Source of the DNA: Andalucia godoyi And28
Taxonomy: Eukaryota; Protista; Jakobida
NCBI GenBank assembly: GCA_009859145.1
Contig: VRVR01000021.1
Coordinates: 71,507 to 135,506, forward strand
DNA length: 64,000 bases
Direction of reading: 5' to 3'
Under the pieces are notes generated by a model. It saw only the letters and a list, made by a program, of their open reading frames with translations, was not told where the DNA came from and made no database searches. Position numbers and translations under genes: made by a program. Positions 54,353 to 64,000 of the stretch are shown piece by piece. The first letter of the stretch is position 1; each line of letters begins with the position of its first letter.

Positions 54353-56551
54353 TCAGGCAGCCTCGTCCTTCCGCTTCTTCTTGTATTCATTGATCAACTC
54401 TTCCTGGCTGGATTGAGGTACTGGTGAATGTTGCTTGTATTCCATTGAGAACTCCCCCTTGCCTTGTGTTGCAGAACGAAGATCTGTGGAATACCCAAAC
54501 ATTGCTGCGAGAGGGACGTCGCAATCAATCTGCACGAAATCGGATTCTGTCGTTGCATTCGTGATGGTTCCTTTCCGGCGATTCAAACCCCCCATAACGA
54601 CACCTTGAAATTCTACTGGCGCGCTCACCTGCACCTTCATGACGGGTTCCAAAATCACAGGGCGAGCTTCACCGGACGTGGCAGCGAAGACGGAACGGAA
54701 GGCTCCCATTGCTGCCATGCGAAACGCCATTTCGTTCGAATCGACGGAGTGGGCGGCTCCATCTGTGAGAACAACGCGAACTCCCCAGACCGGGTGACCA
54801 ATCAGAGGTCCTTTAGTCACCGCTTCTCGGAAGCCCTTCTCAATCGCGGGGAAGAAGGCAGGAGGAATGGCATTTCCAACGATGCCATTCACAAACTCGA
54901 ATTTCGTCTCCGCATTAGGCGGCAGAGGTTCGACATATCCTGCAACTCGACCGAACTGGCCAGCCCCTCCCGATTGCTTCTTGTGAGTATAATCAAATGT
55001 CACTTTTCCAGTAATTGCCTCACGATAAGCTACGTATGGCGCCGAAGTCGTCACATCGCATTTGTACTCGCGTTTCATTCTTTCCACGTAAATCTCTAGA
55101 TGCAATTCTCCCATTCCTGCAATCATTGTGGTCTTTGCCTCTGGATCAAACGACACACGAAACGTAGGATCCTCCTTACTGAAACGCTGCAGGGCCTTGG
55201 AGAAATTCGACGCCGTGTCTTTCTTTGTAGGAGCCACTGCAAGAGACATAACCGGGTCAGGGACGAACATGGAAGACATTGCGATCTTCTCAGCGGAATT
55301 ACCGGACAAAAACGTATCACCAGTCGAGCAATCCACACCAAACATTGCTCCAATTTCTCCAGACGAGAGTTCCTCGACATCTTCCATTTCATTTGAATGC
55401 ATGCGAACCAGGCGCGGGACCTTAAACTTCTTTCCGGACGACACATTCACAAGATTGTCCCCACGGCGCAAAGTTCCTTGGTACACTCGGACGTACGTGA
55501 GCTGTCCAAAACGTCCGTCATCCAACTTGAAGGCCAAAGCTACGCAATCCAAGGACGGATCAGATGTCAGAGTAATCGGTGTTTCCACAGAGGTAGGATT
55601 GCCCAATTCGTCATTGCCCTGGGTAATACGTAATGCATTGATCGCCTTTTCGGTAGGACTCGGCAGGTACTTGAGAACTCCATCAAGCAGTGGTTGGATG
55701 CCCTTGTTCTTGAAGGCCGAGCCACAGAAAACGGGAGTGAACTTCAAGGCCAGCGTTTGGCGCCTTATCGCAGCTTCGATCTGCTCCGCTGAAGGATGTT
55801 CCTCATTGAGAATCTGTTCCGCAATAGCGTCATCGATGTCACCAAGGCGATCAACGAGCTCCTGTCGAATATCCTTCACCCGTTCACGTACTTCAGTGGG
55901 AATCGTATCGGAAAGAACCAGCTTCTCCCCACGGTCTCCTTCAAAATGCATCGTCTGCTCCCGAATGACGTCCACAATGTCGCGAAAGTTCTCTTCAACA
56001 CCAACAGGAACCTGCAGCAGAGACGCATTCAGTTTGAGCTTGTCTCTCAGCTGCTGGGTAACGCGAAATGGAGAAGCCCCCTGCCGATCCAACTTGTTGA
56101 CAAACGCGACTCTCGGGACCCCATACCTCCGCATTTGGCGATCAACTGTATAGGACTGAGACTGAACACCAGAAACGCCGCACAAAACCATAATGGCACC
56201 GTCCAAAACTCTCAATGCACGTTCTACTTCAATCGTGAAGTCAACGTGTCCCGGAGTATCAATAATGTTAACCTGATTTCCTTTCCATGTGCAGTAGGTG
56301 GCAGCAGATTGAATTGTAATTCCTTTTTCTCGTTCCAGATCCATAGAATCCATCTTCGCTCCAACACCGTCCTTTCCCTTCACTTCATGAATCTCGTGAA
56401 TCCTTCCTGTGTAGAATAGAATGCGTTCCGTCAGGGTCGTTTTGCCGGAGTCGATATGCGCCGAAATGCCAATATTTCGAGTATTCCGCAAAACATCAGA
56501 CGGAGTGAACGAATTTGACGAGAACAACCGCCGAGACAACAGCCGAAACAT
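54353..56551 (-). CDS. GFM1: Mitochondrial translation elongation factor G1
   Basis: Presequence-like [12 protein letters not shown]; [57 protein letters not shown]. Confidence 0.95.
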   Translation of the reverse strand: MFRLLSRRLFSSNSFTPSDVLRNTRNIGISAHIDSGKTTLTERILFYTGRIHEIHEVKGKDGVGAKMDSMDLEREKGITIQSAATYCTWKGNQVNIIDTPGHVDFTIEVERALRVLDGAIMVLCGVSGVQSQSYTVDRQMRRYGVPRVAFVNKLDRQGASPFRVTQQLRDKLKLNASLLQVPVGVEENFRDIVDVIREQTMHFEGDRGEKLVLSDTIPTEVRERVKDIRQELVDRLGDIDDAIAEQILNEEHPSAEQIEAAIRRQTLALKFTPVFCGSAFKNKGIQPLLDGVLKYLPSPTEKAINALRITQGNDELGNPTSVETPITLTSDPSLDCVALAFKLDDGRFGQLTYVRVYQGTLRRGDNLVNVSSGKKFKVPRLVRMHSNEMEDVEELSSGEIGAMFGVDCSTGDTFLSGNSAEKIAMSSMFVPDPVMSLAVAPTKKDTASNFSKALQRFSKEDPTFRVSFDPEAKTTMIAGMGELHLEIYVERMKREYKCDVTTSAPYVAYREAITGKVTFDYTHKKQSGGAGQFGRVAGYVEPLPPNAETKFEFVNGIVGNAIPPAFFPAIEKGFREAVTKGPLIGHPVWGVRVVLTDGAAHSVDSNEMAFRMAAMGAFRSVFAATSGEARPVILEPVMKVQVSAPVEFQGVVMGGLNRRKGTITNATTESDFVQIDCDVPLAAMFGYSTDLRSATQGKGEFSMEYKQHSPVPQSSQEELINEYKKKRKDEAA

Positions 56552-56767
56552 GATAAACACTCTCGAGAAACAAAAACAAAAAAATAAGATGGCAGACAAG
56601 GAAGGGGAAAAATACAGTTGTGAAGAAAAGGAGGAAAAGAAGAGGAAAACGACACAGACGAAAGTTGATCAACTTTGGCAGAATTAAAAACCTGAAGGAT
56701 GGAAAAAACAGCGAAAAAGCAAAATTGTTTACGTCTGTTGTGCATAATTACGACGTCTATCGCCTCC

Positions 56768-56871
56768 ACGCCTACATTGTACACTGATTACGCATGACCA
56801 TCGCCAGTCATGCGTAATCAGTGCTGCAACCCCGGACTCTGTTGCAGTAACGAGAAGGGAATAGGCCTCAA
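56768..56871 (-). ncRNA. Putative Fanzor omega-RNA scaffold, copy 2
   Basis: Perfect 17-bp stem at 56782-56798/56807-56823, a second 7-bp stem CTGCAAC/GTTGCAG, and a terminal ACAATGTAGGCGT shared with copy 1. Confidence 0.7.
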
Positions 56872-57115
56872 TACGTACTTCGGCGTTCAAGTCGCGACCA
56901 ATCCGTCGTCCGACATGCACACCGTGGACATGTAAAGGTTCTGTTCCAACGGAAGTGACGGGTGGGACATGCCCCACCGTCCGCATGTCTTGGAAGAACA
57001 CTCTTCCGTGACGATCGCGGTCTGACCTGGAAGCCCCTGAACTCGTGTACTTTGTGCAACAACAATCACTGCTGAAACTCATAATGGTCCCCCACGACAG
57101 CATCTTCGACGCCAT
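56872..57115 (-). pseudogene. Fanzor2/TnpB C-terminal pseudogene fragment (several frameshifts)
   Basis: Stitched frames read ASKMLSW / HYEFQQ*LLLHKVHEFRGFQV / IVTEECSSKTCGRWG / RTFTCPRCAC / IGRDLNA, matching the Fanzor2 pattern MLxWSHYxFxQRLxHK...IVTEEYTSKTCxxCG...FxCPxC...DRDxNGA. Confidence 0.8.
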
Positions 57116-57152
57116 TGAAAATGGGGGGGAAACGGTACGATGCAAAACGATT

Positions 57153-59732
57153 CTAAGAACTATCTGGACGACGGGAGGACTGGGGCAAAGGAATAAGAAC
57201 TGGCACTAAGCTAGAAATTCTGTCCAGGATCGGAGCCTTGCTGTCCGGCTGTAAACTGCACGCTGCATGATCTGCAGCGGCGCGATTCGCAAGCGCACTG
57301 TTCTCTGTGATTAAACCCGATTCCAGAGATGACGCATCGTTTCGAACACGGACACCGTGTTCGGCAACGTCGTCGACTTTCTCGGCAGATAAGATCTTCA
57401 ACCAATGCTTCGTTCGTTTCATTAGGACAGCAAAACAAGACGGGTAACACTTCTGCTGCGAGACGCGCTTCAGCTTGACAAGCACTCCATACTTGAAGAA
57501 GTCCGGAAGACAGCTGAAGTCCAAATCTGCGGTCTGCAGCATGTCGAGGACCTCCGCAACATTCTTTCCGGCCATTTCCTCCTGAGAATACCTCGTACGA
57601 GCGTACGCATTCACTGCATTGCGGAACCCATCATCCATGCGAGACAGCGTGTACACAAGCATCGAATGATCATCCGGAAGATTGAACACTCGAGCATCAA
57701 AATGGGAACGACAGCCATAGATTACCTTGATGGCTTTCGAATCATAACCATTATCTTTTGTAAACGGCTGCTTCATCATGTGATAATTGAACCGTGTTGC
57801 TGCAAAAGACGCAAATACAGAGCAAATTTTCTGCATTCGTCCAGAAAACATAGGGCGCCATGATTCACGCTTCTGCGGATCCTCTGGAGGAAAAAACAAG
57901 AGAGAGATTTCGTCAGTTTCACAATAAGCAGCGTTGGCTTTAAATTCCACCAACAGATCAGAAGCAGTGTGCGCCATTGCGCGAAAGAAAAAGATGTCGA
58001 AAGGCTTTTTGAGATTTTTCACGAACTTGCTGAACGCCCTCCCATCCAACCGTACGACATACGGTTTGTCAGGAAGAATGCCGTGCTCCCATTCTTTTTC
58101 CTTTGTGCGGAAGGACTTTCCGGCATCCAAATTCTGGTACATATTTGCGAGCATAGCCCCAACAGACTCCGGGAGTCCAACAGCTGCCGTGGCGTTTGTG
58201 AAATGAAGAACACCGTACTCATCAGACTCCGGTGGCAATTTTCTGGAGATTGCTAGAGCTCGTAGCCGTTGCTCTTCTTCAACAACTTTCAGGTGATCTC
58301 CTACGTAGTCATCTACGGACATCACTCCTCCAGGGACAAGTCTTTCCAATGATTCAGTAAAATTTGATGGAAACTGTCCTCGTACATCGGAGGAAATAGA
58401 AGAAGCAAGAACTGGCTGCGTAATCATGTCACCACCGTTAGTTAAATCATCGTCGTCATCAGACTCCGACTCCGACTCAGACTCAGACTCAGACTCAGAC
58501 TCATCCGCAACAACAAATGACCGTGTCAAATTTGATCGCACCACGCTTGGAAATCTGTCATCGTCGCAATCGACATTCTTTGGCTCTGCGTCTTCCTCGG
58601 AAACGGCTTCGTCGTCTGACTGTGGCAAACTGGAAATATTCACTTCACCACCTCTGCGTCTTTCGGATGAATCAGCTTCAAGCACAGCAGTGCGGGGTTT
58701 CTTAGCAACCTTGGAAGCCTGCAGATCGGTACTTGCCAATCTACGTTTCTTACCAAGTGGGTTGAGTAAATTCAACCTTTCGCACCACAAAATGTCATAA
58801 ACAACCAGGAAATCAGAAGGGTTCAAAGAGTGGTAGAGAGATGAAACCCTCTCTGCAGCTTCCAAACAGTCCACCTCCGAGGGGAGACGACAGCTTCTCA
58901 TTATGTAGTCAATTTGGACAGCACTTCCATCTTGCATAGCAATTTGGCGAGCAATAGACGCCAGGTACCGATATACCCACGTCTGCTTGCCCGTTGCGAT
59001 GAGGTTTTGCGCATTGTCGGGTAATGTAAACAATTCCAAATGCTCGTCTCGAGAAAACGATGTCGACTCGGGATGCGCGTTTCCTTCAGTTTGCAGCGCG
59101 CCGAAGGATGCCGCAGGAGACGGAGGCTCCTTGTGCAAGGACGGTTGAACGGGAATCGCATCCTTCTCCGTGACCACCTTTTGAGAAATTGCAGGTCTGT
59201 CAGAAGCAGGTGACTGATGCAAGAGGTGAAGCAATACGTTGGACAGTGCGCCTATTTGTTCTTTGAACTTCCTGTCAATGACGTCAGTCATCCTGTCTTC
59301 CATCTGCCTCATCTGTGACATCACAGCCCGCTTAATACCCTCTTCAACAGCGACGTTGACGGCAGACGTTGAAACACTCTTCGACGGAGTTGCCATTCCA
59401 GGTGTTGGAAGCGTCATGGCGGGCGATGATGGAGGAAGCAACGCAGCAAACTCATCGAAATATGAAAACTTGGATGCACTTCCATCTTTTTTTGAGACGC
59501 TTGGACGGTGCATCGAGGTTGAAGAGAGAAACAATCCTGCTTCAGAAAGCTGAGCTCTCGTTTTTTGTGATTGAACTGGTGTCGGTTTTGGGGGGGGGTT
59601 TCCCGACTGAGTTTTTTGCTTTCGACAGTTGTCAAAAGTTCGAAACTCGGGAGGAGTCCAAGGAAGTTGAGTCGCTAAAGCAATCCAGCTGTAGTTGTTC
59701 GAAAATCTTTCATTAAGGACGCTCATTAGCAT
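57153..59732 (-). CDS. Thg1-like protein (TLP, 3'-5' nucleotidyltransferase) with a long N-terminal extension
   Basis: VVRLDGRAFSKF..KPFD, AYCETDEISL, FSGRMQKICS, HFDARVF, D..RN; lacks the HINNLYN motif of eukaryotic Thg1; start may be 59732 or 59513. Confidence 0.85.
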   Translation of the reverse strand: MLMSVLNERFSNNYSWIALATQLPWTPPEFRTFDNCRKQKTQSGNPPPKPTPVQSQKTRAQLSEAGLFLSSTSMHRPSVSKKDGSASKFSYFDEFAALLPPSSPAMTLPTPGMATPSKSVSTSAVNVAVEEGIKRAVMSQMRQMEDRMTDVIDRKFKEQIGALSNVLLHLLHQSPASDRPAISQKVVTEKDAIPVQPSLHKEPPSPAASFGALQTEGNAHPESTSFSRDEHLELFTLPDNAQNLIATGKQTWVYRYLASIARQIAMQDGSAVQIDYIMRSCRLPSEVDCLEAAERVSSLYHSLNPSDFLVVYDILWCERLNLLNPLGKKRRLASTDLQASKVAKKPRTAVLEADSSERRRGGEVNISSLPQSDDEAVSEEDAEPKNVDCDDDRFPSVVRSNLTRSFVVADESESESESESESESDDDDDLTNGGDMITQPVLASSISSDVRGQFPSNFTESLERLVPGGVMSVDDYVGDHLKVVEEEQRLRALAISRKLPPESDEYGVLHFTNATAAVGLPESVGAMLANMYQNLDAGKSFRTKEKEWEHGILPDKPYVVRLDGRAFSKFVKNLKKPFDIFFFRAMAHTASDLLVEFKANAAYCETDEISLLFFPPEDPQKRESWRPMFSGRMQKICSVFASFAATRFNYHMMKQPFTKDNGYDSKAIKVIYGCRSHFDARVFNLPDDHSMLVYTLSRMDDGFRNAVNAYARTRYSQEEMAGKNVAEVLDMLQTADLDFSCLPDFFKYGVLVKLKRVSQQKCYPSCFAVLMKRTKHWLKILSAEKVDDVAEHGVRVRNDASSLESGLITENSALANRAAADHAACSLQPDSKAPILDRISSLVPVLIPLPQSSRRPDSS

Positions 59733-59738
59733 CTGCGG

Positions 59739-59755
59739 AAACCCTGGAAACCCTA
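59739..59755 (+). promoter_or_regulatory. Paired telo-box-like motifs upstream of RPS10
   Basis: AAACCCTG-G-AAACCCTA, about 127-143 bp upstream of the ATG. Confidence 0.5.
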
Positions 59756-59881
59756 GCTGCTTTTTTTCCTTCCTGCCAGTCTGGATTTTTATCTTCTTCT
59801 CCGAATTGCCATCTTTTTTTCAATTTTGCAGAATTTTTGATCATAACTGGCCCATTTAGCGAAAGTAGATAGTAGCTTGCC

Positions 59882-60427
59882 ATGTTGATTCCCAAGAAGG
59901 ACCGCCGTCTCATTTATGAGTATCTCTTCACCAACGGAGTTCTCGTTGCTGCAAAGAATGTCAACCTTCCGAAGCATTCTGACGAACTCCCCGTCAAGAA
60001 CTTGTATGTTACGAAGCTTGCACAGTCTTTGACCTCCAAGGGATTCATTAAGGAGACCTTCGCCTGGCAGCACCACTACTACTACCTCACTGACGCTGGT
60101 ATTAACTACTTGCGTGAGGCTTTGGGTGCACCTGCCGAGGTTGTCCCTTCGACTTTGAAGGAGAAGGCACGTCCTGCCCGTCCCACTTCGCTCCCCGAGC
60201 GTCGTGGACCTCCTCGTGGTGGCTTCCGTGGTGGAGATCGCGAAGGATACCGCCGCAACAACAAGGAAGGTGCCGCCCCTGGCGGTTTCGCACCTCGTTT
60301 TGCTGGCAATGCAGAAGGTGGTGAGCGCCCTGCCCGCTCTGCCGAGGGTGGCGACCGACCTCGTCGCTTCGGAGGACGTGGTGGTGCTCCTCGTGGCGAC
60401 CGCGCTCCCGCACAGCCGTCTGCGTAA
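59882..60427 (+). CDS. RPS10: 40S ribosomal protein S10 (eS10)
   Basis: MLIPKKDRRLIYEYLF, SLTSKGFIKETFAWQHHYYYLTDAGINYLRE.L..P.EVVPSTLK, RG-rich tail. Confidence 0.96.
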   Translation: MLIPKKDRRLIYEYLFTNGVLVAAKNVNLPKHSDELPVKNLYVTKLAQSLTSKGFIKETFAWQHHYYYLTDAGINYLREALGAPAEVVPSTLKEKARPARPTSLPERRGPPRGGFRGGDREGYRRNNKEGAAPGGFAPRFAGNAEGGERPARSAEGGDRPRRFGGRGGAPRGDRAPAQPSA

Positions 60428-60888
60428 ATAAAATCCATACAGTTGATCCACGGTTCCGATGTATTTTTAATCCCTATAATGAGTTTGTCGGAAGACGTCC
60501 TTCTACTCGTTTTTTTAAAATTATCTTTCGTTTTCAAATCACAAAAATACGGCATGGCTCATTTCAGGTCTTCTTGTTGGATTATCCAAATCCGTTTGTA
60601 ATTGCATTTCAACAGCCTCCCCCGCATGCGTTTATTCTTAATCCCACAGCTGGGATCATTCGTACCATCAGCACGAAAAAGCGGACCGCTCCTGCGAAGT
60701 TCAGAGGGGTCACTGCCGCTGCATTTCTGCGTGAAACTGTCCAGCAACTCGACTGGGTATTTTTTTGCCTTCCACAGACATTATCACTTCAACGGTTTTC
60801 CCATAATTTTCCTTTTATGAAGGTTAACTCGTCGCCTGTCGGCTGTGCGTTGAAACTGTTGTAACCAACCTGATTCTGGCTCCCGCTT

Positions 60889-61313
60889 CCGCTCGCCAAA
60901 ACATGAATCATTATCGATCATCATCGGCTAAGCTGTCACCGAAGACAGATCCAAGCCACATGTTTTTGTTTTCTGTGTTTTTATTGGGGAGGGGGGGCGA
61001 GCACCAGCTCTTCAACGCAGACTGCTGTGCATCAAAGAGTCGTCGCTTCTTCATCAACGGGTTCTTTGGGTCTCCGCATCTTCGGGCATGGCCGGTGTGA
61101 GTTGGTCGGGAAGATCCCTCTTTGGAGCCATGCGATTTTTTGTCTTTGATGAAATGTGCTGTTTGAGGGTCCGATTTTGAAAAACAAACAGAAGAAGAAA
61201 AAGGAAAAGATTGAAAAGTGAAGAATGAAGACATTCTAGACTTGACTACGGTAAGAAAATCGCGTCCCCCGTAGGGTTAGATAAGCAAACTTCCGGTATG
61301 ATGTTGTTTGATG
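60889..61313 (+). repeat. Dispersed repeat family A, copy 3 (longest)
   Basis: Contains both the 5' block shared with 11503 and the 3' blocks shared with 21724. Confidence 0.85.
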
Positions 61314-61438
61314 CTCAACTTTGATAAACACAAAAAGCTAGCAGCCGCCGTCCATCCTGAGGTTTTTCCGTTTTCTGCTCTCTGTTCTTTCTGCTCTGTC
61401 TGGTTCTCTGTGCATTAATTGTTCCGAGTCCACACGAC

Positions 61439-62803
61439 ATGGACCCGAATTTTGCTCCCAGTCAGGTTCTTTCGTATCTCCAGAGCCATGGGATATTTGA
61501 CCAACTTGTATCTGAAGGAGTGCTGCAAATTCAAGCGCATGATTCGTACGCATTCCTGAAAGACTCTGCAACGCGACAAGTGCACAACTCTGCAGTATTT
61601 TCTGCTGCAAACTCCAGTTCCATGTCGAAACAGGAGATTGTGCGACGCCTGAAGGAAGAACTGATGTCTTCTCGTCTCCGCGAACAACTTACAGAGCGCG
61701 TCTCTCGTCTTTTTGACACTGGGCAAACTGCTTTTGCAAGGGACAGATCTGGTTCTATTCATTCCTCCGCAATGTACATGTCCAAAGTCCGTACAGAAGT
61801 GGAGAGAGCGGTGGACGCACTCGCGATGAGAGATCAAAATAGAGCGATTGCACAAGCTGGGCCCGTGTTGTTTGGCGATGAGATCACGCAATCCCATGGA
61901 AAGGAAAGCTTGAAAAGCGAGCCAAACCCGTATGGTGTCGGCGTCGCTGCCATCGCACTTCAAAGTCAGCTTTCTTCTTCAGGTACCGCGAGTGTAGTTT
62001 CTAGCATGAAAAATCTTTCTCCAGCTCACGCTGCTTCTGCAAGCTCCTCAACAGCGGTTTCTTCGGGATCTTCTGCGCAAGTGCCGCAGGGTTCTCCAGC
62101 GCACGGCGTGGATGCGTCTACTGCTACGGCGGTTCCGGTAGCCTCTTGTACGACACAGCAGTCTTCCACAGTCGAGTTGGAAAAGCCGCAATCTTCTGTT
62201 CTTTTTGGTGTATCGGACTCTGCCGAGTCGGTTGAGGATAAGGGGGCAACGGATGGCCATTCTTCAGATTTCTCGCCTTCGTTTTCTCCCTCAGTCCTCA
62301 CTTTTCCACGCCTTGTGGAGAAGGGCTGTGTTCTTCCTTTTGAGGAATTGGTTGTGCATTCCTCCGGGCCTGCGCACGTGGATAACTTGAATTCTGTATC
62401 TTCTGATCAATTTATCCCCGTCGCGCGGCTAAACAAAGCTAATTATGCTACTGCTTGTTTAGTACGTGATGGAAAGGTCAGGCATTTTTCAACCGCTGAA
62501 AAATTGATGGTGCACGTGTCTACTGTGTTGAACTGGGCATCCACAAATTCCACTGAAGACCTCCAGAATTTTGTGTACTTTCGAAAGCAAGTGGACGGTC
62601 CTGTTCGACGGTTTCGAACTGTTGTGGAAGAGTGTTCGCGCCAGCCTGATGCTTCAAATACTACAACGCTGAAGAGACGTTTGAAGGATGAATCGGAACC
62701 GGTGGTATCCACTCAGAAGCCGTCCGAGAGTGGAGAGTCTCCAGATCCCGGTGACGAAAGGTACCCAAAACGGTTTCGACGAAAGAAAGAATTTGCGGAC
62801 TGA
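61439..62803 (+). CDS. Uncharacterised protein; helical N-terminus weakly resembling the BOD1/Shg1 domain
   Basis: 454-aa ORF; LSYLQSHGIFDQL...IVRRLKEEL; C-terminal basic NLS-like tail; family call is tentative. Confidence 0.7.
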   Translation: MDPNFAPSQVLSYLQSHGIFDQLVSEGVLQIQAHDSYAFLKDSATRQVHNSAVFSAANSSSMSKQEIVRRLKEELMSSRLREQLTERVSRLFDTGQTAFARDRSGSIHSSAMYMSKVRTEVERAVDALAMRDQNRAIAQAGPVLFGDEITQSHGKESLKSEPNPYGVGVAAIALQSQLSSSGTASVVSSMKNLSPAHAASASSSTAVSSGSSAQVPQGSPAHGVDASTATAVPVASCTTQQSSTVELEKPQSSVLFGVSDSAESVEDKGATDGHSSDFSPSFSPSVLTFPRLVEKGCVLPFEELVVHSSGPAHVDNLNSVSSDQFIPVARLNKANYATACLVRDGKVRHFSTAEKLMVHVSTVLNWASTNSTEDLQNFVYFRKQVDGPVRRFRTVVEECSRQPDASNTTTLKRRLKDESEPVVSTQKPSESGESPDPGDERYPKRFRRKKEFAD

Positions 62804-62846
62804 CCGATTTTTTGTTTTCTAATCATCTGTTTGCTTGCGAGTAGTT

Positions 62847-63758
62847 TTATGCAAATTTCCGGTCTTGAAGAGGTTCTTTTTTGAGATAATCCGTCAATTT
62901 TTGGGAAACCGTCTGAAAAACGTTGCCAGCTTTCAGCGTGACAAACGTCAATCGTTGATCTCCTACGTCACAACTTTGACTTGACAAACCATAATATGCC
63001 GCGGATGCATGAATGAAGCAACGCTGCCATGAATTCGCAGTGTAGATCACCAATGGATCAAGCAGTGCGTTTTGCTTGTGAAAGTGTTCTTCGTATTGTT
63101 GCTCGAGGCGTCTCAGGAACGCAGAGTCAGTTCCGTATGTTTTCACGAATGACCGAAGTGTTCGAGGAACGTTTCTCATGCGGTCCACAGCAGTGCACCC
63201 ATTTCCATCTGCATTCTTTTTTCTGTCTTTCTTCACAAAGAATTCCCGCTGCTCCGTTTCTGACAACTTTGAAAACGGTTCCCAAAATGCAACGAAATCG
63301 GGGTTCTGAAACGCCATACCAAAAATCGATCGGAAAGGGACTGTTTGTACAAGTTGTTCATCATCTGAATCCGCTGACGTGGCATCAGATTTCAGATCGT
63401 CTTGAAATAAAGGTACGGGTTTCATTCTGGCAGTTCGAACGTTTCCGCGCAGCCGCATTGCTTCTTTGTGATAACGCCGACGTCGTTTGCGAATGATTCG
63501 TTCCGATAACGGATCTCTGTTTTGTTGTTCGCCTGCAGAATCGACAGTTCCAGAGAGCGATTCCGCAGATCTTATATGAGGCGGTGAGCCAATACGATTC
63601 GATTCACGATCAGTGGGCTTGGGAGACGCCGTTCGACGAATTCGAATAGCATAGGAATTGCCCGTGGAATCGAACCCGGATTCCGATTCCGATTCCGAAT
63701 TCGAGATCATTCCATCAGACACAACATGCCGAGGAATTCGTTGAGAAAAGTCGCCCAT
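62847..63758 (-). CDS. R3H-domain protein, R3HDM4-like
   Basis: FLRRLE...NSWQRCFIHASAAYYGLSSQS (R-x3-H), preceded by an R3H-associated-like region; ATG at 63758. Confidence 0.8.
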   Translation of the reverse strand: MGDFSQRIPRHVVSDGMISNSESESESGFDSTGNSYAIRIRRTASPKPTDRESNRIGSPPHIRSAESLSGTVDSAGEQQNRDPLSERIIRKRRRRYHKEAMRLRGNVRTARMKPVPLFQDDLKSDATSADSDDEQLVQTVPFRSIFGMAFQNPDFVAFWEPFSKLSETEQREFFVKKDRKKNADGNGCTAVDRMRNVPRTLRSFVKTYGTDSAFLRRLEQQYEEHFHKQNALLDPLVIYTANSWQRCFIHASAAYYGLSSQSCDVGDQRLTFVTLKAGNVFQTVSQKLTDYLKKEPLQDRKFA

Positions 63759-64000
63759 TCGTCCAAGGTACGTGAGTGATGAAAGATAGATGAGGGAAAG
63801 GAAGAAGAGGAGGAGGAAGAAAGAAGAAGAAGAAGAAGCAACAATCCTGCAAACCAGAAAAAAGGCAGACCTTGTAGAGAACAATGGTTTCGGGAATTCG
63901 GATCAGGGCTTCAAATCACTTCAACTTGTCTGAGAAGAATCAAGCATAGCATCAATCCATGCTGTCCGTTACTTTTCAGACAGCGTTGTGGACGTGTTGT

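Noticed and set aside
60574-60864. 96-aa ORF downstream of RPS10
   Set aside because: TTG start, no recognisable family, and adjacent to repeat A; not supportable as a gene.
1-64000. tRNA, rRNA, CRISPR arrays, telomeric tracts
   Set aside because: No cloverleaf with T-loop and acceptor stem, no rRNA-like segments, and no regularly spaced direct repeats with unique spacers; TAGGGTT-type motifs occur only as isolated units.

Overview
Gene-dense, apparently intron-free (or very intron-poor) nuclear DNA of a flagellated protist that has a mitochondrion. The gene set points this way: centrin, EFHC1/Rib72-like, ZMYND12/p38-like, mitochondrial EF-G1, IBA57 and CD36 receptors. A jakobid-like Discoba such as Andalucia is only my inference. 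I support about 26 single-exon CDSs: housekeeping genes (RACK1, RPS10, DUS3, GFM1), two tandem paralog pairs (Zn2Cys6-PAS transcription factors; CD36/LIMP-II receptors), bacterial-looking genes (double SRPBCC, SDR), a Thg1-like 3'-5' polymerase with a long N-terminal extension, and several orphans. The main signal missing from the ORF track is a pair of decayed IS607/Fanzor2 (TnpB-like) elements on the minus strand, at about 21924-22334 and 56768-57115. Their protein-coding parts are frameshifted or internally deleted. Their 3' ends share an omega-RNA-like scaffold whose stems are kept by compensatory changes and by G-U wobbles that pair only on the minus strand, and each is followed by a different guide-like flank; one flank is part of a multicopy repeat. 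Also present are two unclassified dispersed repeat families, telo-box-like AAACCCTA motifs upstream of both ribosome-associated genes, and orphan proteins combining MGxxxS with RVxF motifs. No tRNA, rRNA or CRISPR array was found.
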